This document shows positions 17,734 to 25,941 of a stretch of DNA of 64,000 nt, in pieces. A model generated the notes under the pieces. The model was not told the DNA's origin, searched no databases, and was given only the letters and a program-made list of their open reading frames with translations. This DNA is from an uncultured Candidatus Saccharibacteria bacterium (GTDB lineage Bacteria > Patescibacteriota > Saccharimonadia > CAILAD01 > BJGX01), in contig CAZSVP010000003.1 in assembly GCA_964610335.1 (NCBI GenBank), forward strand, positions 13,531-77,530, given 5' to 3'. Numbering within the stretch: the first letter of the stretch is position 1; each line of letters begins with the position of its first letter. Both the position numbers and the translations under genes were made by a program.

Positions 17734-18987
17734 ATGAGTAAACAATTTCAGCGTGTCCGTGGCATGCAAGATGTCTTGCCACCGACATCAGAGATCTGGC
17801 AGTACATAATAAGTGAGTTTATAACAGTTTGTGAGCAAGCTGGGTTTAGACGCGCCTATATGCCAAGCTTGGAATTTGCTAGTTTGTTTGAGCGTAGCAT
17901 CGGCGAAGCCACCGAGGTGGTTCACAAGGAGCTGTATCGATTTGAGGATCGTGGCGGCGACATGATTGCTCTCAAGCCTGAGAGTACAGCGGGCATAGTG
18001 CGTAGCTATATCGAGAATGGTCTCAGTAGCTGGCCTAGCCCAGTCAATTTGTTTTGTGTTGAGGCTCATTTTCGATACGATCGCCCGCAGGCAGGGCGCT
18101 ATCGTCAGCATCACCAACTCGATGTTGAGAGTTTTGGGGTTCGCGACCCATATGTTGATGCTTCAACCATTGCTCTAGTCGCGCGATTCTTCGACCGACT
18201 AGGGTTGAGTTATGGGCTTAAGCTCAATACTATCGCTTCTATAACGGAGCGCAAACAGTTTGAGCAAGCTTTGAGTGACTATATGACACCATTTGCCAAG
18301 GATTTGCCAGAACTTACACAGAAACAACTCGCAACCAATCCGCTGCGAGTACTTGATAGCAAGGATAAGAAGGTAAACGAACTGTTAGCAGATGCGCCGA
18401 GTATTCTCAATCACCTAGGCAAGGAATCAAAGGAGTTTTTTGAAACTGTGCTAGAAGCCCTGGAGGCACTAGGTATCAGCTACGAGCTCGATCAACGCTT
18501 GGTGCGGGGCTTGGACTACTACAATGACACGGTTTTTGAATTCAAGGGTAGCACCGAGGGTTCACAAGACTCTATTGGTGGCGGCGGCCGTTATGATGGC
18601 CTAGTGGAAATGCTTGGTGGCCAACCCACACCGGCATTTGGTTTTGGATTGGGCTTAGAAAGAGTAGCATTAGAGCTTCAGCACCAGCAGGCTCTACCAG
18701 ACCTCAGAAAGACACATACTATGTTGATTGTCCTGTCAGATAAGGTGAAGATGGAAGCTTTCAAGTTGCAGCAACACTTGCTCAAACAAGGAGTTGATCT
18801 GATGTCTGACTTTTCTACTCGGGGTTTGAGTACCCAGCTTGCCAAAGCCGACAAGCTTGGTCTAGCAAGGGTAGTAATACTAGGCGAAGATGAGCTCAAA
18901 AACCAAGCAGTTTTGATCCGTGATCTTAAATCTGGCGACCAAGCCAATGTTAAGATTAGCGAATTGGCTGATCACTTGAAGGTTTGA
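17734..18987 (+). CDS. hisS: Histidine--tRNA ligase
   Basis: RGMQD, LKPESTA, FRYDRPQAGRYRQHHQ, LVRGLDYY, GGGRYDGL. Confidence 0.98.
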   Translation: MSKQFQRVRGMQDVLPPTSEIWQYIISEFITVCEQAGFRRAYMPSLEFASLFERSIGEATEVVHKELYRFEDRGGDMIALKPESTAGIVRSYIENGLSSWPSPVNLFCVEAHFRYDRPQAGRYRQHHQLDVESFGVRDPYVDASTIALVARFFDRLGLSYGLKLNTIASITERKQFEQALSDYMTPFAKDLPELTQKQLATNPLRVLDSKDKKVNELLADAPSILNHLGKESKEFFETVLEALEALGISYELDQRLVRGLDYYNDTVFEFKGSTEGSQDSIGGGGRYDGLVEMLGGQPTPAFGFGLGLERVALELQHQQALPDLRKTHTMLIVLSDKVKMEAFKLQQHLLKQGVDLMSDFSTRGLSTQLAKADKLGLARVVILGEDELKNQAVLIRDLKSGDQANVKISELADHLKV

Positions 18988-19058
18988 TCTTGTCAATTTT
19001 GACTATTTCTTCTATAATAGGGCGATACTAACAACACCTAAGGAGGTGACAGTACTAC

Positions 19059-19265
19059 ATGTTGACCGTAATTCGCAAAGACGATGAGTCTAGTGAGAGC
19101 TTGGTTCGCCGATTTAACAAAAAAGTTACCCAATCTGGCATATTGACCGAAGCTCGTCGTAAGAAATATTTCGAAAAGCCAATTAGCAAAACTGAACAGC
19201 GCCAAGTAGCCTTGCGCAAGAAAGTTCGCAAAGATCAAAAAATGCGAGAGATTTTGGGTTACTAA
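19059..19265 (+). CDS. rpsU: 30S ribosomal protein S21
   Basis: ESLVRRFNKKVTQSGILTEARRKKYFEKP. Confidence 0.92.
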   Translation: MLTVIRKDDESSESLVRRFNKKVTQSGILTEARRKKYFEKPISKTEQRQVALRKKVRKDQKMREILGY

Positions 19266-19714
19266 TGGATCAACTTTCGCTCGATCAGCTTGAAAGTGAC
19301 CTCAAAGACGCCATGCGCGAACGGGATAAGATCCGTTTGACAGTGTTACGTTTGCTCAAGAGCGCGCTTAAGAATTATGAGATTGAAGTTGGACATGAGC
19401 TAAGTTCCCAAGAGATTTTGGGTGTGTTACAAAAAGAAGCCAAAAAGCGTCAAGAAGCCGCCGAAGCTTACGAAAAAGCCGGTAGAGAAGAACAGGCCCA
19501 GGAGGAACGCGCCGAGCTCAAAGCTATTGATCACTATCTCCCAGATCAAATGAGCGAAGCAGATGTTAAGAAAGTAGTCGCAGAAGTAGTTGCCGCCGCG
19601 CCTGCTGATCAGCGACAGATGGGGCCACTTATTGGTCAAGTTCGCGCCAAGACTCAGGGGCAGGCCGACGGCGCACTGATTGCTCGCTTGGTTCAAGAAC
19701 AACTTAATTCTTAA
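19265..19714 (+). CDS. yqeY: GatB/YqeY domain protein
   Basis: DLKDAMRE..LRLLKSAL..KKRQEAAEAYEKAGR..YLPDQM..ADG; follows rpsU. Confidence 0.92.
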   Translation: MDQLSLDQLESDLKDAMRERDKIRLTVLRLLKSALKNYEIEVGHELSSQEILGVLQKEAKKRQEAAEAYEKAGREEQAQEERAELKAIDHYLPDQMSEADVKKVVAEVVAAAPADQRQMGPLIGQVRAKTQGQADGALIARLVQEQLNS

Positions 19715-19726
19715 ACGTACTACACA

Positions 19727-20176
19727 ATGGCTACCAATACTATTGAACTGAAGTTTGATGACCAAACTGGTCAATCAGTGGATATCGACCAGTTTCAGCA
19801 GCTAGCTAATCTTGCTAGTGTAGAGCTTGAATTGCCACCAAGTATTACGCTTCGGTTTGTTGGCAAATCCAGCATGCAGCGCATGAACAAATACAGCAGC
19901 GGTAATGACTATGTGACTGACGTATTAAGCATCAATTATGCCGAAGCTGCAGATTTACTCCCCAATGAAGTCCCCTCTGAGATTGTAATCTGCCCCGAGG
20001 CGGCTGCCAGTAATGCCAAAAAGGCACACCACGGCCTAGTAGAAGAGCTCAAGTTACTGTTTGTTCACGGGCTTGTCCACATTGCGGGCTATGATCATGC
20101 CGACACCGAGAGTAAAGTCGAGTTTGATAAGATTGTCAGTGGTATAATAGAAAAAGCCGAGAAGTACAATGATTAG
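19727..20176 (+). CDS. ybeY: rRNA maturation endoribonuclease YbeY
   Basis: TDVLS, HGLVHIAGYDH. Confidence 0.92.
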   Translation: MATNTIELKFDDQTGQSVDIDQFQQLANLASVELELPPSITLRFVGKSSMQRMNKYSSGNDYVTDVLSINYAEAADLLPNEVPSEIVICPEAAASNAKKAHHGLVEELKLLFVHGLVHIAGYDHADTESKVEFDKIVSGIIEKAEKYND

Positions 20177-20540
20177 ACGCTCACTTGCAACATTTCGATA
20201 TGCTATCAATGGTATAGGTGCACTGTTTCGCACTGAGAAGAATTCTCGAATTCATGCCGTATTTGCTATTTTGGCAGTAGTGCTAGGGTTCGCTCTTCAC
20301 ATTGCGATTTCAGCATTTTTGCTTGTATTTTTTGCAATTGTACTTGTGATATTTGCGGAGGCTGTTAATACAGCCATCGAACGCACGATTGACTTAGTCG
20401 AAACTGACTCCAGCCAAATGGTAAAACTCATCAAAGACATTTCGGCCGGCGCCGTTTTGATAACTGCCATAGCCGCAATATTTTTGGGCGTGGTAGTATT
20501 TGGCGGACGGTTGCTGCAAATTATCGGCTGGGTTTCGTAA
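20169..20540 (+). CDS. dgkA: Diacylglycerol/undecaprenol kinase
   Basis: FRYAINGI..EKNSRIH..EAVNTAIE..IKDISAGAVL. Confidence 0.93.
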   Translation: MIRRSLATFRYAINGIGALFRTEKNSRIHAVFAILAVVLGFALHIAISAFLLVFFAIVLVIFAEAVNTAIERTIDLVETDSSQMVKLIKDISAGAVLITAIAAIFLGVVVFGGRLLQIIGWVS

Positions 20541-21100
20541 TGTTTGAATTTAAGCGACTAAGCATTGTTTTGGGCAGTCCAGGCGCTGGCAAAGACACAC
20601 AATTGGAGTTACTCGAAGCTCGTGCTAGCGCACAGATTTTATACGTAGGAAGAACGATTCGTGAGGCTGCCAAAACGAACAAAGATATTATGCAACACAT
20701 GAATGCAGGTGGGCTTGTACCCAATGAAATCGTCAATGAAGTGTTCCAACTCAAACTCCAGCAATATAATTCTACAGATTGGATAGTGAGTGATGGTTTC
20801 CCTCGAAGTGTTGAACAAGCAGACTGGCTAGATCAACTGCTCAACCAAGAATTTCGCCACATCGATGAGGTGATATTGCTCGAGATAACCGAGGATGAAG
20901 CCCGCACTAGACTATCAAAACGAACACGTACTGATGACTTGAACACAATAGTTGATCAACGTATGGAAGTATATAATACCCAGACTAAGACCGTTGTTGA
21001 TCACTATGAAAAAGCTGGTTTGCTCAAGCGAGTTGATGGTATGGGTACGGTCGAGCAAGTCTATGGCCGACTGTGTGCGGCGTTTGGGGTGAGCGTATGA
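20540..21100 (+). CDS. adk: Adenylate kinase (short form)
   Basis: GSPGAGKDTQ, GGLVP, DGFPRSVEQA, RTDD. Confidence 0.9.
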   Translation: MFEFKRLSIVLGSPGAGKDTQLELLEARASAQILYVGRTIREAAKTNKDIMQHMNAGGLVPNEIVNEVFQLKLQQYNSTDWIVSDGFPRSVEQADWLDQLLNQEFRHIDEVILLEITEDEARTRLSKRTRTDDLNTIVDQRMEVYNTQTKTVVDHYEKAGLLKRVDGMGTVEQVYGRLCAAFGVSV

Positions 21101-21846
21101 TGACACAAGTTAAGACCGCCCAAGAGCAAGCCGACATGCGCCGAAGTGGGCAGATATTGGCGACAATATTGGCTGAATTACAGGCTGCTCTTAAACCGGG
21201 TATTACCACTAAATCGATTGATGATCATGCTCGAAAACTGCTTGAAAAACATCAATCCAAGGCAGCGTTTTTGGGCTATCAAAACTTTCCAGCTGCCATA
21301 TGTATATCGGTAAATGACGAGATTGTGCATGGTATTCCTGGAGCACGGGTAATAGATGAAGGCGACCTAGTTTGTCTTGATTTTGGTGTAAACTACCACG
21401 GTATGATTACTGATGCTGCCGTTACTGTCGGAGTGGGTAAGATTAGTGGTGATGCCGAGCGGTTGCTAAAAGGCGTCAAGGCATCGCTAGATACGGTAAT
21501 CAACTCCTTGCACGATGGTATTCGTGTCGGCGACATAGGCGCCACTATTGAGGCTACTCTGCGTAAATATAATCTGTCTGTAGTAGAGGAGTTGGGCGGT
21601 CATGGCGTGGGCCATGTGGTACACGAAGAACCAATGATCCCCAACTTTGGAGTTGCTGGTACAGGCCAAGCTCTCAAAGCTGGTATGACAATCGCGCTAG
21701 AGCCAATTGCTTCACTTGGTAGTGGTGAGTGCTATATTGCAGCCGACGATTGGACTTTTGTAACATCTGATCACAGCTTATCGGCACAGTTTGAGCATAC
21801 TTTGCTTATAACCGAGCAAGGTGCCGATATATTGACTGCATTATAA
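21097..21846 (+). CDS. map: Methionine aminopeptidase type I
   Basis: CISVNDEIVHGIP, GHGVGHVVHEEP, ALEP, SAQFEHT. Confidence 0.96.
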   Translation: MMTQVKTAQEQADMRRSGQILATILAELQAALKPGITTKSIDDHARKLLEKHQSKAAFLGYQNFPAAICISVNDEIVHGIPGARVIDEGDLVCLDFGVNYHGMITDAAVTVGVGKISGDAERLLKGVKASLDTVINSLHDGIRVGDIGATIEATLRKYNLSVVEELGGHGVGHVVHEEPMIPNFGVAGTGQALKAGMTIALEPIASLGSGECYIAADDWTFVTSDHSLSAQFEHTLLITEQGADILTAL

Positions 21847-21894
21847 GCTTGAGCGTACAGGCAAGCACACAATTGTGTATAATGTAGCTGGATT

Positions 21895-23139
21895 ATGGCA
21901 AGAGCGCGTGAACATCATTTTATAGGCTTAGATATTGGCACCAGTAAGGTGGTGTGTACTGTTGGTGTTAAAAATGTTGAGGCGCCACTACCAAGTATTA
22001 TTGGTTTAGGCGAAAGCCCTACTATCGGTTTGCGTCGTGGAGCGATAGTCGATGTCGAAGAAACAGTCAGCGCCATAACAGCAGCTGTTGAGGAAGCTGA
22101 GCGCATGAGTGGGGTGGCTATCGATCGTGCAACTGTAAGTATTGATGGCACTCATATCAAGATGATCTCATCAGAGGGATCGGTAACGGTTTCTAAGGCC
22201 GATCACGAGATCAGCGCTGAAGATGTAGCTCGGGCCGGCGAGGCAGCTACTAGTCTCACTCTTGAAGCAAATCAACAGATTCTAGACGTTATCCCAGCTG
22301 GCTACACAGTTGACGAGCAGTCCGACATATCTGATCCGATTGGTATGCATGGCAATAAGATCACCGTCCATGCCGAAGTGTTGGTAAGCTCTACACCTGC
22401 CATCAAGAATATAGAAAGTGCCGTATTCCGATCTGGTATACGCATGAACAATCGTGGTCTGGTTGGCTTGGCGGCAGCCCGCGCGGTGCTCAGTAAGCGT
22501 CAGCAAGAACTTGGTGTTGGGTTTATCCATATTGGTGCTGAGACCACGGCAGTGATTGTCTATGAACAGGCCAAACTTTGTCACTGTAAGGTATTACCAA
22601 TCGGTGCTAACCATATTACCAAGGACTTGGTTTATGGTTTGCGTACTAACATGGATATAGCAGAAAAGGTTAAATTGCGCTTTGGTCGTGCTGTGACAGT
22701 GAAGAAAGGCAATCAAGTGATCGATCTGGAATCTGTTGGTGGCAATGGTACTGTAGAACAGTCTGATCTGGATATGATGATTGGTGCCAGGCTCGATGAG
22801 ATGCTGAGTTTGATTGCGGCTGAGTTAGAACATGCCTCCAAGCGGTTTACCAACGATGGTGGGCTTGGTGCCGGCCTGGTATTGTCTGGTGGTGGGTCCA
22901 AGCTCAAGGATATCGCGCCATATTTCCAGAAGAAACTACGTGTGCCTACCAAAGTTGGTCGCGCCGAGCATTTTGGCAGCTTGAGCAATCAGGTAAGTGA
23001 CCCGATGTATGCCACCGCGATCGGTTTGATGCTACTTGATATGGAGTCTCCTCAACAGATGAGCCATCAAAGCATCGGCTCCATTCCGCGACGCGTGATA
23101 GAAGCCGTCAAAACAGTTATCAAGAGTTTGTTGCCGTAA
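21895..23139 (+). CDS. ftsA: Cell division protein FtsA
   Basis: GLDIGTSKV, AVEEAERMSG, IGANHITKDL, LSGGGSKL, PMYATAIGL. Confidence 0.97.
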   Translation: MARAREHHFIGLDIGTSKVVCTVGVKNVEAPLPSIIGLGESPTIGLRRGAIVDVEETVSAITAAVEEAERMSGVAIDRATVSIDGTHIKMISSEGSVTVSKADHEISAEDVARAGEAATSLTLEANQQILDVIPAGYTVDEQSDISDPIGMHGNKITVHAEVLVSSTPAIKNIESAVFRSGIRMNNRGLVGLAAARAVLSKRQQELGVGFIHIGAETTAVIVYEQAKLCHCKVLPIGANHITKDLVYGLRTNMDIAEKVKLRFGRAVTVKKGNQVIDLESVGGNGTVEQSDLDMMIGARLDEMLSLIAAELEHASKRFTNDGGLGAGLVLSGGGSKLKDIAPYFQKKLRVPTKVGRAEHFGSLSNQVSDPMYATAIGLMLLDMESPQQMSHQSIGSIPRRVIEAVKTVIKSLLP

Positions 23140-23265
23140 TCCGGCGCTACTAAAAAGCGATATTTTAGTACTTGATGTCATTATTGAACACAATAAATAT
23201 ATTGCACACATTATTGTGAATACCAAAATAAGATAAGAATTATCAAAAAAAGTTTGAGTAACTAA

Positions 23266-23423
23266 TTGCATCAAAAGATGTGCTCGTCTATACTACGGAG
23301 TAGCTGTTACTAACCTAGTTTAGTAAGGCTGTGGCAAGGCTGCATCTGTAAAACCAGATGAGTGGGCAAGTCCGTGCACGCATGTGACTTGCCAGTAATT
23401 ATGAGTAAAAAAGTGGTACCAAT
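23266..23423 (+). promoter_or_regulatory. ftsZ promoter and structured 5' leader
   Basis: TTGCAT-N17-TATACT, then hairpins TTACTAA/TTAGTAA, CATCTG/CAGATG and GGCAAGTC/GACTTGCC. Confidence 0.6.
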
Positions 23424-24920
23424 ATGGCAGAGATTCTTCCGGAGATAGAAACATTTGCACGCATCAAAGTCGTGGGCGTGGGCGGAGGTGGCATAAATGC
23501 GCTCAACCGCATGGTTCAGTCCAAACTCCGCGGCATTGATTTTGTGGCCGTCAATACTGACGCCCAAGCTTTGCATTACAGCCAGGCCAACAAGAAAGTC
23601 CACATCGGCAAGGACACCACTCGAGGACTGGGCGCTGGTGCTAATCCTGATATTGGCCGACAAGCAGCAGAAGAATCTCAAGACGAAATATATGAGGCCC
23701 TCAAGAACTCTGAGATGGTTTTTATCACCTGTGGGCTAGGAGGCGGTACTGGAACAGGCGCGGCTCCTGTAATTGCTAAGATTGCCCGTGATATCGGGGC
23801 TTTGACAGTGGCTATCGTCACCAAGCCATTCAACTTTGAGGGTGAGCGCAGGCGACAGGCAGCTGAGAGTGGTATTGCTGAGCTCAAAGACAAGGTTGAC
23901 ACCTTAATAGTTATCCCCAATGATCGAATTTTACAGATTATTGATCGCAAGACTTCGCTACTTGATGCGTTTGGGGTAGTTGATGACGTGTTGCGTCAAG
24001 GTGTCCAAGGTATTGCTGACCTTATAACTGTCAATGGATTGGTCAACTTAGACTTTGCCGATGTTAAATCAATTATGAGCAATGCTGGCTCGGCTCTGAT
24101 GGGTATTGGTCAAGGCAATGGCGACATGCGTGCTATTGACGCTGTTAAGCAAGCCATCGACTCGCCACTTCTGGAAATCTCAGTCGAAGGCGCCAAGGGT
24201 GTATTGATCAACTTTACCGGTGGGCGCGATATGGGTATGCATGAGATCGAAGAGGCTGCCAAGCTTATTCATGATTCGGTCGACCCCGAGGCCAACATTA
24301 TATGGGGTATGGTACTCGATGAGAATCTGACCGGTGAGATACGGGTAACCTTGGTTGCTACTGGATTTGATGACGGCACACCTAACTCGGAAAAACCAAG
24401 TGACGAGCTAAGTCGCAAAGATTTGCGTTCGGTGACAGTCGGCGATATGGTAGATGCTTCCGAAAAGCAACCATCTCCAGAACCGGAGCCTAGCGTAGAA
24501 GTAGCTGAAAAAGCTGAATCTGAGCATAAATCATTCATACCATTCTTATCACGTTCGCAAGATCGTCCTGTCTACGAGACAGATCAGTCAGAACCATTGA
24601 TATCATCTGAACCACCTGTCGCTGAGCCGGTGGAGCCAGAGCTGGAAGTGGCTACAGAAACAATCGAGACCGAAACTGAAACTCCAGAGCGTGAAGAGGT
24701 AGAGTTTTCTTTGGATGAGTCAGTTTTTGACAATGAAAGTCAGCCAGCGCCTAGACCAGTTGAGCCCATGGTAGAACGGGCTACAGAGGCACCAGCTCCA
24801 GAACAGTCCAAAGACGATTACGACAAACCAGCCTTCTTGCGCCGTGGCCTCAAGCTTGGTCGTGGCAAGAAAACGAACGACGACGATGACATTCCTGCGT
24901 TTATTCGCAAGAAGTTATAG
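23424..24920 (+). CDS. ftsZ: Cell division protein FtsZ
   Basis: [29 protein letters not shown]; long acidic linker; ends [10 protein letters not shown]. Confidence 0.99.
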   Translation: MAEILPEIETFARIKVVGVGGGGINALNRMVQSKLRGIDFVAVNTDAQALHYSQANKKVHIGKDTTRGLGAGANPDIGRQAAEESQDEIYEALKNSEMVFITCGLGGGTGTGAAPVIAKIARDIGALTVAIVTKPFNFEGERRRQAAESGIAELKDKVDTLIVIPNDRILQIIDRKTSLLDAFGVVDDVLRQGVQGIADLITVNGLVNLDFADVKSIMSNAGSALMGIGQGNGDMRAIDAVKQAIDSPLLEISVEGAKGVLINFTGGRDMGMHEIEEAAKLIHDSVDPEANIIWGMVLDENLTGEIRVTLVATGFDDGTPNSEKPSDELSRKDLRSVTVGDMVDASEKQPSPEPEPSVEVAEKAESEHKSFIPFLSRSQDRPVYETDQSEPLISSEPPVAEPVEPELEVATETIETETETPEREEVEFSLDESVFDNESQPAPRPVEPMVERATEAPAPEQSKDDYDKPAFLRRGLKLGRGKKTNDDDDIPAFIRKKL

Positions 24921-24929
24921 GAGGAGTTA

Positions 24930-25397
24930 GTGCGCTGTCCCGACTGTCATAAATCCGACAGTAAGGTAGTAGAGTCTCGCGACAGCAACACCGAGTTATC
25001 AGGTATTCGGCGTCGACGACAGTGTTTGGCTTGTGGACATCGATTTACTACTTATGAACGAATTGAGCCGGCTCACCTTATGGTGGTCAAAAAAGACGGT
25101 CGTCGTGAGAACTTTGATCGCAATAAGGTAGCTGGTGGGGTATTCCGAGCCTTCGAGAAAAGGCCTTTGCCAGCTGAAAAGATTCATACTCTCATAGATG
25201 GCATTGTGACACAGTTGCGTAATAGTGGTGAAGTGGAAGTACAAAGCACGATGATTGGGGAGTTGGTAATGCAGCATTTAATCAAAGCCGATGATGTTGC
25301 TTACGTTAGATTTGCCAGTGTTTACCGCAGCTTTAGCGACTTGGGCAGTTTTGAGGCCGAGCTGACTCGACTGCGCAATTTGCAAGACAAACAGTAA
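24930..25397 (+). CDS. nrdR: Transcriptional repressor NrdR
   Basis: MRCPDC..KVVESR..RRRRQCLACGHRFTTYE, ATP cone, VAYVRFASVYR. Confidence 0.97.
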   Translation: MRCPDCHKSDSKVVESRDSNTELSGIRRRRQCLACGHRFTTYERIEPAHLMVVKKDGRRENFDRNKVAGGVFRAFEKRPLPAEKIHTLIDGIVTQLRNSGEVEVQSTMIGELVMQHLIKADDVAYVRFASVYRSFSDLGSFEAELTRLRNLQDKQ

Positions 25398-25415
25398 TGC
25401 ATTAGCATAAGTGGT

Positions 25416-25676
25416 ATGAAGATACTACTATTTGCCGATCGTAAGACCGAGGTTGACTCGGCTTGGCAACGTCTCAAGGTAGAGCTTGAACAACGCCACC
25501 TAGCGATTACTCGACTCGACCTCAATACCGCTGATGCTCAAGCCAAGGCCCGGTTGTACGACGTAACCAATCCTGGGACAGTAGTAGTGACACGTGATGA
25601 TGGTGCACCGGTGGCCAGTTGGCGCACTCATTTGCCGAGTGCTGCTGAGATTAGTCATAGCTTGGGTTATATCTAG
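25416..25676 (+). CDS. Small thioredoxin-like-fold hypothetical protein (no CxxC)
   Basis: ARLYDVTNPGTVVVTRDDG..W pattern; -10 hexamer 7 nt before the ATG. Confidence 0.65.
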   Translation: MKILLFADRKTEVDSAWQRLKVELEQRHLAITRLDLNTADAQAKARLYDVTNPGTVVVTRDDGAPVASWRTHLPSAAEISHSLGYI

Positions 25677-25714
25677 CTTTACAACTTAGTTACTTTAGGA
25701 TATAGTATTGATCA

Positions 25715-25925
25715 GTAAAGACGTGCAATCAGCGCGAGTGGCTATCACCCACAAGTTCGCCTAAAGGTGAAGCGTCGCAGAAAGAAATCCAACTTGGAGA
25801 TTAGAATCTGCCGGACAAAGCCCCGTTATGGCTAGTTGATTAAGTTTCCCCACAGGGGAAGTCAGATGGTACCGTTCGCCTCCATGGCGAGCTCTGACGC
25901 CGCAAATGTTGCGGTGTTTTTTGTT
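25715..25925 (+). promoter_or_regulatory. T-box riboswitch (Ile) with terminator
   Basis: AGATGGTACCG at 25864-25874 within a TCAGA/TCTGA antiterminator; CCGTTA motif; ATC specifier candidates at 25787 and 25806; terminator GACGCCGCAAATGTTGCGGTGTTTTTT; upstream of ileS. Confidence 0.88.
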
Positions 25926-25941
25926 AAATAAGGAAACATAT

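Noticed and set aside
23190-23210. NrdR box (AATAAATATATTGCAC)
   Set aside because: Five or more mismatches to the consensus in an AT-rich tract, and no tandem second box.
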